This document shows, piece after piece, positions 17,013 to 30,123 of a stretch of DNA of 64,000 nt. The DNA lies in NCBI GenBank assembly GCA_051294375.1, contig CM119270.1:14978046-15042045 (forward strand), in the 5' to 3' direction. The notes below the pieces were generated by a model. It ran no database searches and had not been told where the DNA came from. It was given only the letters and a program-made list of their open reading frames with translations. Positions within the stretch are counted from its first letter, which is position 1, and each line of letters opens with the position of its first letter. The position numbers and the translations under genes are program-made. The stretch comes from Paraspadella gotoi (lineage: Eukaryota > Animalia > Chaetognatha).

Positions 17013-18895
17013 CTCTATACTTTTTTATTTTTTTTTTTATTTTTTTTTCGCATAGACTCCAAAACGTTTTCCGGTGAATGTCCTGACTGATAAATTTCGC
17101 TTCTCAGAGAATTTTTAACAAGTGAACGCTGAAAGATTTAATCAATAATGATTTAATAGTGATATTTTAGCAATTTAAAAACCTATTTAAATAGTTTTTA
17201 TTTTTTTTTAATTAAAAAAAGAAAATTTAAACCTCTAAGGCCAGTCACCGTGTAAAATTTAACCGGAACAACGTGTTTCCATCGCGGATCTTCTTTCTAT
17301 ACACAACGGAGGAACTGAATCGTGGGGACAAGTTTTGAAAAAAAAATTTATTTTGAGATAAACGAAGCTTTCCATTCATTAAACTGGGTCAATGCGTAAA
17401 AATAGAGGAAAATATTTTTCCACGAGAAAGTCATACTTGTGCACGCTTTGTCCGAAGGCTTTTTTTATCAGTTTCACAGGTTCATCAGATTATTACCCTC
17501 TTGTTATCGAAATTATTGGCATTTGCCCCTTTAAATGTTATTTTCGTATTTTACAAGTGTAAGAAAATAAAGACTAATTTTTAGTTTTGTCCTAAAAAAA
17601 TGGTAATCATTAAATCTCAATGGATTTTAAAATTTCTGCCTATAGAGTTAAGACAAAAAGGATAAAAAAATAGTAGTTGCCTTTGTTTTAGATGGGTTGG
17701 GGTGTAATTGTTGTAAATGTAAGTTTGGTTTATTTTTTTCCCGAAAAAAATTTGTGTCGACACAAGACGCAATAAAGTCTTATTATTGAGCATTCAATTG
17801 GCAGTAGTAATTCACATATAAAGCTATTGAATCCGCTGTCAACCTTTATTTATAGGAGGCCTCTTAGCGTAAATTCTGAATTCGTAACAGATATTAGTTT
17901 TCTAGATCGTGTGCGTGTTATTGTACGAGTGCTTTTAATGCTTATATGGATGGCATTTGGGAAAATATTTGTGCGCAGTGAGCTATTCAGAAGTATGGGC
18001 ATATAATAATATAAAAAAAGAAATTTATATTGAGATTGAAAGCTTGTTGGGTTTTGAGCGTTTTCTGCATTAATTTAGATCACCTGAGACAGACTATTAT
18101 AAACTTAAAATTGGCCAAAATTACTAAGTTTCAATAACCATTTTAATAGATTTTTAGGCTGACGGAACAAATTTGAGGTTAAAAGGAATATTTGATAAAA
18201 TTTGAAATTAAAAAATAATATATACATGGTTTATAGACATTAGACAGTGTAAATATGCAAAACTAGAATTTAAAAAAAGTCGTTTGGTTGTCTCCCCGCA
18301 AGGGTATGTTTTATCTATTAGAAAGATCCACGATAACGCTCGCTTGTTCTCCTACTGTATATGTAACGAAATAAATGGAAGTCAACATGTTATAACCATA
18401 ATAAGTGTATATTGAGCTTTTTCTTCGATTTCGCCGTTTCATCTCTCTCTCTCATTACGATGTAACAAGAACCCCCATCCTCATAGACATTTTATAAACG
18501 GTCATGATTTTCGAAACGTGCTCGTTGTACATTGTGTTTAAACGAAACGAAAAAAAAAATTGTGTTTTACAAAATATACATCTTTATTACATCTTTCAAC
18601 TTCAGTAAATTTTAACTGTCAGCGGCTATGTATAGTTGATGTAGCTGAAGGCTGAATCAACGATTCTTTACTTACGTTAGTCAAGTAACTATAATTAGTA
18701 AGTAAGTATAAAGCTAGCTGACTAAAGACACTTCACATAATTTATTCAGGTTTAGTTCTTTAAGAAAATAAGTCATTTAGCTGGAGATGACCGACGTTAG
18801 TCAAGCAATTATAAAGCTCGCTCGCGAAAGTCAAAATGAGAAAAACATTTTAGGACGAGATGTCTTGTTAAAATTATTCGCATCATGCTTAATTC

Positions 18896-19090
18896 GGGTT
18901 ACTTTTACTTTCGCCGACCGGGGTTAGGAAGGGGTTAGGGTTAAGCTTGGTTTAGGGTCAGAGGTGGTTAAGGTTAAATGGGTTAAGGTTAGGGTAATTA
19001 ATATTTATATAATTAACTATAAAATAAATATTTTTAAGTGGTTTTTTGAAAGCCGCCAAAACCGCCGTCGTCGAAAGTAAAATTTAGCCC
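18896..19090. mobile_element. Short MITE with internal degenerate TTAGGG-like repeats
   Basis: Imperfect ~23-bp TIRs GGGTTACTTTTACTTTCGCCGAC and GTCGTCGAAAGTAAAATTTAGCCC. The interior has GGTTAGG, GGTTAGGG and GGTTAAGG units. Confidence 0.65.
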
Positions 19091-22000
19091 TTAATTCATT
19101 AATTGTTATATTAATTTTCTTAGATTGTCTTATTCAATCTGTTTTTGGATTCTACTTTACTTTATTCTGCGAGTCCTTCCGATGCTATTCGACCACTCGA
19201 CCATTTCTTTTCAGAAGTCAAAAAGTCGAGGAACCGAGATGAAAGAAATGAGTGAATGAGGGCCATTTAGAGCGGGAATGGGGGAACGAGAGAGGGAGAG
19301 AGACGGCGAAAAAGAGGAAAAGAAGGAAACTAAAAGATTTATGACTTTGTTGGAAGACCCGTTTTCCCGTTTTCCCCGAGAACCCAGAGATTTCTCAATC
19401 TCTGTCTTGGCCCTCTTCCAGTTCAACATTCTCCACTTTCACTTTGTCACCTCTTTCCCCCCTCATCTTCCTCGCTTCTTTTCTTCCTCACTTGTTGATC
19501 TATGATGACGCTTTCCTTCGGTTCCACATTCCTTTCATTCCATTCACGATTTTTTTTTCTTTGATAAACTTTTGTAATTGAGAATTTTTAATTTTGTACT
19601 TATTGAATGTCGTAGCTTCGACTAACTCAATGCTTTTCCGCACCAACTGGGGTAAAATGAAAAAGCGAATTCTTTATATTTAGTCACCCTACCCTACTAA
19701 TCTAACTTTTTTCACTTTTCTCACTGGTTTTTATTTTTCCCCGTTTTTTCCATTTCACAGACTCGTATTGATTTAATGCCCCTTTCATTTCTCCCATATA
19801 ATCCCCTCTATTTTTTTTTCAGGCCCATTCCTTTTATCATACCATTTTCTGACTTTTATAAAGAAAAAAGTCTGCCACCGTACGTCCTCCTCGCCTCTCT
19901 GTCCCGCCCACCCCTTTTTTCGTCCCACCCCGTCCAAAAATCGCGACTAAAATTCAGCGAGGCGGTTCGCCGGACCCAGAGAGACAACTCCCAGCCGAGC
20001 GCGAATAATCCCGTCGCGGTCCAGAGGGTTCCAGACGGTTCCACAAGGTTTCTGCTGGTTTCAAGGGGTTGAAGTGTGTGGAGCGGAATTACGAAGACTG
20101 GGGAAACGATATTGGGTGAATCGGTATTGTATGGTATTGGAGGTTACACCGGTTGCGATCTTTGACAATCAAGTTTTGGTTGGAAATAGATGAAGGCAGG
20201 ATTGAAAGCATCGGTCCGGTTTGGGTTCTACCTCGGGTCACTTGTTTCTTCTAACAGTTGCTTTCCCTTGGGGGGGGAAAGGTTTTTCACGCTGTGTAAG
20301 TCTCGTCGGGAATAAAAAGTAGGAGAGTAATGGGGATTGAAGGCATGAAAATTGGCGAAGAGAGTGTTATTGGCTCTAAATTCTAATGACTAGACCTAAT
20401 TAAAGATATGAATGAAGGTACTGTGTATGATTTATCAAACGAGTTCCAAGATGGCGGACACACTACATTACTACGCGTTTAAACGTTAGTTTTTCGAGAG
20501 GGAAAAGATCGATTTGGAGAGAAGGACTTGATGAAATAAAGCTCCTTCATTTTGAAGAAGCTTTTGAAGCAGCTAAAGACATGGGTCGGGTGTAACTCAA
20601 TTCGGAGACGTTGTTAGCGGGTGAAATTCGTATGGGGATCACCCTAAATTGATCGAAATGAATTGTCTCCTCCTCCTTGGGATGAAAATCGAATCCCTGG
20701 CCTGAGAAAAGACGGGGCTGAGGAAGCTCACTTGGGAATCGGAGTTGGGTGTCAAATGGTAGCGAGAAAGAGAAAAGATAATCCTGGATGATTGAACAAA
20801 TGGAAGGGGCGTTGATCGAACACGCCTCGATACAATTGAGCCTTTAACGTCTTCAGTAGCGGATCTCGATCTTCGGGGCTGCATGGATGCCATATTCTCG
20901 GATGAATCTTGATAATATTCTTTATGATTATCATTAATATATCATTTATTCATTATCTCTTTTTTATGTCCTTCTTTCACCTTTACTTTTTCTTCCCTTC
21001 TTTCACCTCTTTACTTTTTCATCTTCTTTTTTCTCGTCCTCGTTTTAATTTCGTTTCACGCGTCATCGATTTTTTTTCCCATATTGGAAATCGGACTTAA
21101 TTTAAAACTGTTTTAATTTTTAATTTTATTTCAATTTTTATTGTTCGTTCTTCCTGCGCTTTCTCTGCTTTATCTTCGTTATCCCCTTCACCCAATGCAG
21201 AGACATTCACCCACTTGACACTTTGACTCTCGACTCTCAACCTAACCCTCCCGCGCTCACGTGTCCCGGTCAAGGCGACTGGGATTTCTTTGTTCACGTG
21301 ATTAAAAGCCCCAGAAGAGGAGGAAGAGAAATTGTCGGTGAAAAGAAGGAAGATTGGGAGAGTAAAGAGTAAGTCCCACCCGCTCCCCCAAATAATAAGA
21401 GAGCTCGTGAGAAAAAGGACCCAAAAAGCGAAAAAAAGAATTTTTAAGAAATTTTAACCCAAGAGTTCGTTTAATTTTTCATTCCCATATAATCCTTTTC
21501 CTATTTTAAAATATCACATATATTGCCATGATATAATATTATAAATAGTATTTAGGAATCAGGAAGGGGAGTTCAGAGCGTAAGTAGTAGATTTAGATTA
21601 CCTGATCCGCCGAACTGGATATTTGATCATTTCTGTTCCGCGATTATCGTTTAATTTTAAGTTTAATAGTTTAATACATAGTTTTGAGAGTAAAAAAGAA
21701 AAAAAAAACTCTCTTTACTCCTTGGTCCCCGCCTTCCAGGATTTAGTCTCGATCTACGTGACGAAAATCCCTTTCAGATGCCACGCCCCCTTCATCTGTC
21801 CCCCTGTCCAAATTATTCCCTCCTCTCCACGATGGGTCGCTAAAATTATAGTCGACCTGGGTCTCATTTCGAGCACAGCCTTTTGGGCCTTACCCAACCC
21901 CACGGCTGACCCTTTACCCAAAAACCACGTACGTGTCCTTCGTCCCCCGTTGGTCAGTCATCTGATTAGGACGTCGCTTCTCTACTCTCGTTTTCTCTGA

Positions 22001-22826
22001 GCAGACACGCGTTCAAGTCGACTTACACACTGCTTTCTTATTTGCATCTTTTCTCGATGTGGTTTACCAAATTTGGCATAATCATATTTGATTTTTACTA
22101 AACATCTTCAAAAGCTTATTTCTCCTTACATTAAGGGAAGTTAAAATTAAGTAGTTTGCAGCATAAAAAAACCGACAAAGCGTGTCACTCGATCATTTAC
22201 TCAGTGTGAGGACAAATAACCAACCTCCTCTTCCTCTTCCTCTTCCTCCTCCAAATCCAGCCTTTTCCTTTGAATAAAATAAAGAGGTTCGGGTCAAAGT
22301 TGCTCGCCCTCGCGATGGCCAATGGAACCATTGGAACCTGGAATCTGATGATGGCGATGGAATCAAAATCTCGTGAAGGCGAAGAATCCGGGGGAAGCGG
22401 GGTGGGGGGGGGGGGGGGTTTTTGCTGGAACGGAATGGAATCATTCTCTCTTTTGAAAAGTTTTTGGGCCGATGGAACAGCTGGAAGTCTAGTTTGTTTT
22501 AGGTTAGGCGTGAACTGAATTGTTGAATCGAGCTTGGAACACATATATGTTAGGAAAAAATAGGAAAAATGTAATATATCAAACTTGATTATTCAGTAAT
22601 TATATAGATATGACAATTCCAAACGACTAATTCTTATTTCGACGGTAAAAACTTGTCGTCGACGAACCGAGTCCGACAATCCAATGCGCTCGATTCCGAC
22701 GCCCGAAGCCCGTTCGAACTGACACCGACAATAAATCGTCCCGAGGGCCAAAGCTGAGTCCGCGCCTCTGATTCCTGATGGAGGATCTTTTGAAGGCACC
22801 CGACCTTGCTGCTGAATACTGATTTC

Positions 22827-22827
<1 letters not shown>

Positions 22828-22912
<85 letters not shown>

Positions 22913-22920
22913 TCTCTCTT
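22828..22920. repeat. (CT)n microsatellite, representative of dozens of (CT)n/(GA)n tracts between 22.8 and 62.2 kb
   Basis: Directly visible. Other tracts lie at about 25470, 27110, 27700, 28190, 30050, 31480, 32450, 38400, 38900, 40610, 43720, 45670, 46220, 48940, 50020, 56890, 59510 and 61130. Confidence 0.95.
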
Positions 22921-24140
22921 CTCCACTCCAGCTTAGCAACAAAAAAAAACAAAATAATATTGATCATTTAAACTTTTTTGTCTTATTTGACATTTTTTAT
23001 TGGAGTGACCCAGGCACAACATAGCTACATATATCCTTACCCCTTTTCTTTTCTTTACTAATCGTCTCACCGCGTCGTTTCCTCCACCCTTTTCTCTCTT
23101 CTCGAACTTACCTTTTTTCCTCCCTCCTTTTATACACATCTTACTCACCCCTTGAGTCCATAAAACAGTTGCCCACGATTCGCTCACCTCGCGAACTCAA
23201 CTTTCGGGGAAGAGGGTGAGACGAGGGAGAGTTGGAGGGTGAGTCGTTGTTGTTGTTGTCGTCGTTTCTGTAAAGTTTTTTTTCTGTTGCTCTCGGGCTA
23301 AAAGTTTATTGCTGTTTTTACTTTGGGAAAGTCCGGTCTGATCTTGAGGTGTATACGAGAGAAAAAGTTTTATGTCCATGTCAAGTTTGGCTCAAGTCAT
23401 ATTTCGCCTAGACGTTGGTCACATCAATTAATTTAATTTTTTTTTATTAAAAAAAAAAGCCTTCTTTCAAAATTGCGGAGGTGAGGACCTCTGGGGGGCG
23501 GGTGAGTCGAAGAGCGCGTGGACCAGGTAAGGCTTGAGTTTTATGAAGAGAAAAAAAATTGACGTTTTTATTTTTGGCCTAAATGGGATGTTTTTTTTTC
23601 CATATTAAAATGGTAAGGATTCTGACACACTAAAACAATTTTTTACAGAAACAACATGAAAATAATAAATAAGCATGGAAATCGAAACATAAAGTGCAAT
23701 GAAACATTATATTTTTGAGGACAAAATTATTAAAAAAATTATGTTCTAAATGCATTGTTAATTGATTAATTTCTTTTTTAAATATTTTTTTACGGCAGTC
23801 ACAGGTAAGGATCTCTATCGAAAATGGTTGGCTGGTGAGTGAGCGATTGAGTGAGTGAGTGAGTGAGTGAGTGAGGAAGCGCCCGGACTCATCGATGGTG
23901 GATGGAGAGAATTAAGGGGGAAGTAGGAAGTAGGAAGGGGGAAGTAAGAAAGGCGAGTTAATCGAATTTTTATTTTCTTAAATTCTTTACGACGAAACAA
24001 GAAAAGTTCTTCCCTCCCCCTCTTTCTAGCAGATGCGCTGTGTTAAACCGTATATCTTCCACCAACCCTTTTTATATAACGCTCCATTTTTAATAATACA
24101 TACCACTCTTCATTCCCACTTCCGATTCCCCCAATACACT

Positions 24141-24540
24141 NNNNNNNNNNNNNNNNNNNNNNNNNNNNNNNNNNNNNNNNNNNNNNNNNNNNNNNNNNNN
24201 NNNNNNNNNNNNNNNNNNNNNNNNNNNNNNNNNNNNNNNNNNNNNNNNNNNNNNNNNNNNNNNNNNNNNNNNNNNNNNNNNNNNNNNNNNNNNNNNNNNN
24301 NNNNNNNNNNNNNNNNNNNNNNNNNNNNNNNNNNNNNNNNNNNNNNNNNNNNNNNNNNNNNNNNNNNNNNNNNNNNNNNNNNNNNNNNNNNNNNNNNNNN
24401 NNNNNNNNNNNNNNNNNNNNNNNNNNNNNNNNNNNNNNNNNNNNNNNNNNNNNNNNNNNNNNNNNNNNNNNNNNNNNNNNNNNNNNNNNNNNNNNNNNNN
24501 NNNNNNNNNNNNNNNNNNNNNNNNNNNNNNNNNNNNNNNN
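24141..24540. other. Assembly gap (largest of 13 N-runs in the window)
   Basis: N-runs at 2642-2651, 24141-24540, 26998-27022, 45619-45643, 51138-51369, 51515-51723, 52326-52535, 54287-54311, 58652-58934, 59035-59341, 60297-60558, 62159-62183 and 62484-62562. Confidence 0.98.
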
Positions 24541-24704
24541 CTTTGCGAGTTTTAAACTCCACGGTTTTTTTTGCTTGTTGACGTCGAATATTTTTTTTTT
24601 TAATAAATATGCATGCTACTTTTTTAGGGATTTAATTTGACATTTGGTCTTCGGGTATCCGTATCGATCGTTTTATTTTTCGTGTTTCGTCCATATCGAT
24701 GACA

Positions 24705-24860
24705 TCTTTCACATCTCTTCTTTCATCACATCTCTCCTCTCATTTCTCATCTCATCTCTCATCTCATCTCTTTTAATCTCTCATCTCATCTCATTTCATC
24801 TCTCATCTCCTGTCTCATCTCATCTCTAATCTCATCTCATCTCTCATCTCATCTCATCTC
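24705..24860. repeat. Degenerate (CATCT)n pentanucleotide microsatellite
   Basis: Repeated CTCATCTCAT units are directly visible. Confidence 0.85.
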
Positions 24861-25478
24861 AAATTATTGTAATAAAATTAATGTTTTCATATAATCTAAT
24901 TGGCAATAATCTTCGGTTTAGTTGCAGCAAAAACGGTAAACTGTCGCCTGTATTTAATATTAAATTTACTGGTTATATGTATATCATATGCAATTTACAT
25001 AATTATTAAAAAAATTAAGCATATATCCGTATTAGTTGAATTTGCTGTTTTGAAACTGAATAAAATGTATTTAAAAGATTCTTTTTTTGTCAAAAAGTAA
25101 TTACAATTTTGAACAAACTTATTATATTTATATCTGAAAAAAAAATCGATAATTTTCGTTGCGGCAACTTCAATTACTCGATTCTCCCCCCCCCCCGCCG
25201 GCTTCACCTGCTTACCACTTATCTCTTCCTCACCCAATCATCGCCCCTTACCCACCCACTCGCTTCTCACCCATCGACTCTTTCTTCCCTCGCCAACGCC
25301 TCGAAGCTTGGATCGACTTCCGTCTGGAATTCCTCACTCGATTTAAGTCTTTTATCAGTCAACGCATCGAGGAATTTATTCTTTTTCAAATTAATTTATT
25401 AGTCAGCCTCAAGTTCGCAGCGTAATTGAGCATACGACACAGCTTGTGAAAAGCCATTCCCTCTTGCTCCCTCTCCCT

Positions 25479-25531
<53 letters not shown>

Positions 25532-26159
25532 GTACGCTCTCTTTGAGTCTTTCTCTTTTTTGCTAGTCTAGTAAATCCTTTCAAAAAAAATTTTAAACAT
25601 CATTATTCGCGTGTGGCGATTGAATAAATAACGTTAACGTAGCTGGGGCTCTGATTAGAAGGGAATCGGTTGCATGCAAAGCGCACGCTGCTTCGTGTCG
25701 ATAAACGCAAGGCGCGCCTCCAGCCGATGATTCTGTTGGGCGAGGACGCGCCTTTTTCAGAAGTTGGAGCACAAATACGCGAACGATCGAAACGCAATTC
25801 ATCTTTTCATTTTTCATGACGCTCAAGCTTGTCCTAAAATGACACTGACAAAACGAAAAACTACAGCATCCTCAAAAACGATATAAATTTTTCATAAACT
25901 CTCCAAAATTATATGCACGCGCATTCAGTCACCTCTTTCCCATCTCACACCGTCGATACATCCTCGCGCACGCAGATAGTCGTCTTTCGCGCACGCAGAT
26001 AGTCTCGCGCACGCAAGGCACAAAAAAGCGCCTATCGCGCGCGCGGGCACGTCCGCCGATCACGTCCGCCGTCGTTGTATAATTTCACGGGCGACGGCGT
26101 CTCAATAGACTTCCATTTCCGCGCCAATTTCACTCCACATTCCCAACTAGAATTCCGAC

Positions 26160-26160
<1 letters not shown>

Positions 26161-26196
<36 letters not shown>

Positions 26197-26412
26197 TCAT
26201 CATCGTCCTCCCTGAAGTCAATGGCGTTACTGTAATTTTTTTTTTTTTTTGTCGTTGTCATCGTAATGACAATGTCGTTTTCGTCGTCAGTGTCATTAAC
26301 GGTTTTTTCAATTTGGTTTTTCGATGAAGACCACGACGATGACAGCAGCGAAGACGACGAAAGTGGAAACGAAAAGGATGACGACGACGATGGTGACGAC
26401 GACGACGACGAC
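26161..26412. repeat. (TCG)n and (GAC)n trinucleotide tracts in inverted orientation
   Basis: (TCG)n/(TCA)n at 26161-26207 and (GAC)n/(GAT)n at 26376-26412. Confidence 0.85.
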
Positions 26413-27158
26413 TTCGTCAGCAAAAAAATCGAGAAAAAAAATTTCCTCTGTGGCTCCGAAATCCGTCAACTTCGATTTTTGCTCCTTTTCCCTCGGTCTC
26501 AGTGCGCTCGACCGAAATGGCGACTTGAGTTCGGTTATAGTTTTTGTGAGTCTGCAGACATCTGGTTCCAGCCCTGCTACCTTAAAACGATTTATTGGCT
26601 GGTTCTTCAGTCTGATCGCGTTCAAATAGCCGGAAACTTTTTGGGTGAGATTGTTTAGGCTTCCGCTTTGCTAAGAAGGAGACGAAAAAGCTGAAATCAT
26701 TTTTTTGTCGACCTTAGCTTTATTTCGTTCAATCATGTCGCTGTGATAAATTTAGTTATTAAATCTTAAATCAAAGACACTCTCGACTGTCGGTGAATGA
26801 ATGTTGCGAAAAAAAAAGAGCTTTGAGTTAGAACCCGAGATACCGAAAGAATGAATGTCGTTTCTTTTCTTTCATCCTCAAGATGTAAATCTTGTTGGCG
26901 AGCTGTCTCCTCGCTTTATCGCTGACGCTCACAGATTCCCTGTCACGAAGAATGCGATTTGGGTTTCGATAAATCCTTAGTTGGTTGGGATTAAATGNNN
27001 NNNNNNNNNNNNNNNNNNNNNNATAATAAAAAAGTTTGATACTCTTTTCTGATTTTTGAGTACGATTGTTATATGCAATTCTCACACTCTGAATTCTGTC
27101 TTATCATTCTCTCTCTCATCTCTCTCTCTCTCTCTCTCTCTCCTCTCCTCTCTCTTCT

Positions 27159-27224
<66 letters not shown>

Positions 27225-27697
27225 GGCCGCTGTCGCGTTCGTTGCCCTCAGAAACCGCGTCGCTCGCGTTCGCTCGTCCTCCCCGATTCCGACCTCAATC
27301 GCGAGAGGTGGTTGTCCGCGGTCTTCTAGCAACGGCAATCGATCCTCGCTGGCATTAGCGAAACGTAAACAACGACGAACGTCGACAACAACTTCGACAA
27401 TTCCACATCTCCACTAATAAATCGAAAGGAAGAGCCACAGCAAGAGCAGATCACAAATGATAACAACGGAATTCGCCATCACCGACGATCGAACTCGAGT
27501 TTCGTTATGGGATTTTTATTTAGTCGTTCAACCGAAACAACAACAAAAAAAAAACAACAAGAAAAAACAGAGACAAGTTTTTTTCGCTTGGGTTCCAAAC
27601 ATAAACAAAAGGCGGCGCCTCCCTCGCCCCCGACCCGCTCCACCCCATTACCATTCCGTCGGAACGAGGATGGAAACATAAACAAAAAATAACAAAG

Positions 27698-27745
<48 letters not shown>

Positions 27746-28357
27746 TTTCGTTGACGACGTCTTCGTTATCATAAAAGGCGCTTTGTTTGTTTGTCATTCC
27801 CGTTGTCATTACTATCGTCGTTGTCGTCATCCATTAGTTTTCTGAATTTCGTTGAAAGTGACAACGCTGACTTAAACGTTGTCGCTGTATTTGTCATCGA
27901 CGCCTTTGCCTTCGTCTTTGTCTTTATCCGTCGCCAAATGTCGATCGCCCGAGCGATTTGATTTAATCGATGTCACATATGTAATTGTTTTTTTTTTTGT
28001 CGTCGTCGTACTCGTCACCTGTGTCTTCGTCGTCATGATCGTCATCGTCATCGTTGTCGTCCATCGTCCTCTGGTTCTTCTTCTCTCCCTCTTTTGTGTT
28101 AATGGCTCAGAGATCCAGAAGACCGAGGCAAAACCGAATCCATTTACAAATCCAGACGACGCCGGTCCCTTCTCTCTTTATCTTTAACTCTCTCTCTCTC
28201 TTTCCTCTCTCCCTCTCTCCTCTCTCTCTCTCTCTCCTTCTCTCTCTTTCTTTCTCTCTCTCTCTCTCTCTCCTTCTCTCTCTTTCTAAAAGGCGCTGAG
28301 ATGTTGGACTCTCTCTCTCTCTCTCCTCTCTTTTTCTTTTTCTTTCTCTCTCTCTCA

Positions 28358-28402
<45 letters not shown>

Positions 28403-30084
28403 TCTTCACTTCCCTCTATTACTCCGCAGGCCAACCTTCAGCCTTTTTTTGCTAGACCATTTTCGCTGCTCATGTTCTCCTGACCCAACATCGTTCCGGT
28501 TTAACCTTTTTTTCATTTTACCTAATTGCATCAGCTTCACCAAAGGCGTCGGATGCAAACTGGAGAGAAACAAGAAACCGCACATCACTTATTAAATTTT
28601 AAAATGTCCGGAAAAAAAAAAACGGAAGTGAAAATTATTTCGTAAAGGCTCAGACGCCATGCAATATCCATTCTCCATGAGCCCTCCAAAAAAAAAAGTT
28701 TGGCCGCGCAATTGTCCGGCCGAAACAACTCTTCGCCAATGAGTCATGAGATTTCGCATAATCTGTCGCACGTGACATTGTACAGCTGCGACAGCTGGAA
28801 AGACGGACCGTCTCCACGATTGCGTGCGCGTATGAGCGGACAATATGGTCTTTTTTGCCGGTCATCCACGACTTAATTGCGGGTAATCAAAACGATCAAT
28901 ATACTGATAAAACCTTAAGCGGAATAAAATGGTAGTATATTAACGAATGATTAATGTTTACAGTCCGTTAAGATAGCGACTATAATATAGTCAAATTTGC
29001 TAGATTCTATTTTAACTATTAATAACTAGAAACATTGTACAGTAGTTCATCTTTAACTTTTCAATTCCACTTTGAATTTGGTTTTGTAGTTGGAGATCGA
29101 TGATGAAGCACCATTCCCAATTAGTTCTCGTTATTGACCCGAATTTCTGATCTCCTCTCAAGTACTCCATCCATTACGATCCTCCCAGTTCCACTCTCCT
29201 CATCGTTCCACTTGCGGACTCAAAACCGGAAACCACGTGGCTGCCTCTCCGTCAATGTCGTCTCCACAATTCGTCAGAGCAAATTCGCTTCTCCATCCAT
29301 CTGGGACTTTCGAGGCTCAGTATTCGGGGCAACCGTTTTTCAAACGCGGACCCCGCAGGATTAGAAAGCGCAAATAAAAAAAATAAAATTTTGCTTTTAA
29401 AAAACATAAATTGCTGCGCAAATAACCTGGGAATGAAACCGCGGGGCCCGCTCGCCCGTGAAGTAATTGGTTTTTTTCTAGTTTGAAATCTATTTTCTTG
29501 ATTTAAAATTATTTTCAATTATAAGTAAAAATTATCGCGACGGTATTTTATTTTCATCATAATTCAAAACTCGTTTTAAAACAAAAACTTCAATACTGAA
29601 TTTTTTTTTTTTTCAAAGTATGTTGTCAGGCAGCCACTAAAAAAAAAACAGTAAACTTGTTCTTGCTTCCGTTTTACAACCCAGTCTTAATTCTCAGCCC
29701 AAAACAAAACTTGTTTCAGGAAACTTGAATACTTTTTTAGTATCGTGACTTAACTCAAGTGACGCCAACAATTTAACTATTTGCATCCAACTGATTTTAT
29801 AATTTTATATTCCGTTAACATGAAAACGAAATCCGAAATAAATTTAACCTTGATCCTAATCTGATCTCCACTTTGATCATTAAAATATGTATTTGGATCC
29901 CTTAGGATCTAATCTAGATCCAAAAAAGATCCAATCTGGATCCCACTGGAGGCTTATCCTTTGTGAGTTATAGCGATCGTGGCAGGAATAGGAAAATGGG
30001 ATCCGTTTTGCAGAACAGAAAAAGAAAAAGACGCCCATTTTTCTTGGTTTCATCTCTCTCTCTCCTCTGATTCTCTCTCTCTCT

Positions 30085-30123
<39 letters not shown>

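Noticed and set aside
17460-17495. Minus-strand CTGATGA-ACCTGT-GAAA motif
   Set aside because: No compatible stem III with an NUH triplet and no stem I.
20100-20160. GIGGY peptide resembling a retroviral protease flap
   Set aside because: No DTG/DSG motif, the frame is interrupted by stops, and there is no other retroelement domain nearby.
29134-29518. Segment with long stop-free stretches in several frames
   Set aside because: No recognisable domain and no convincing exon boundaries.
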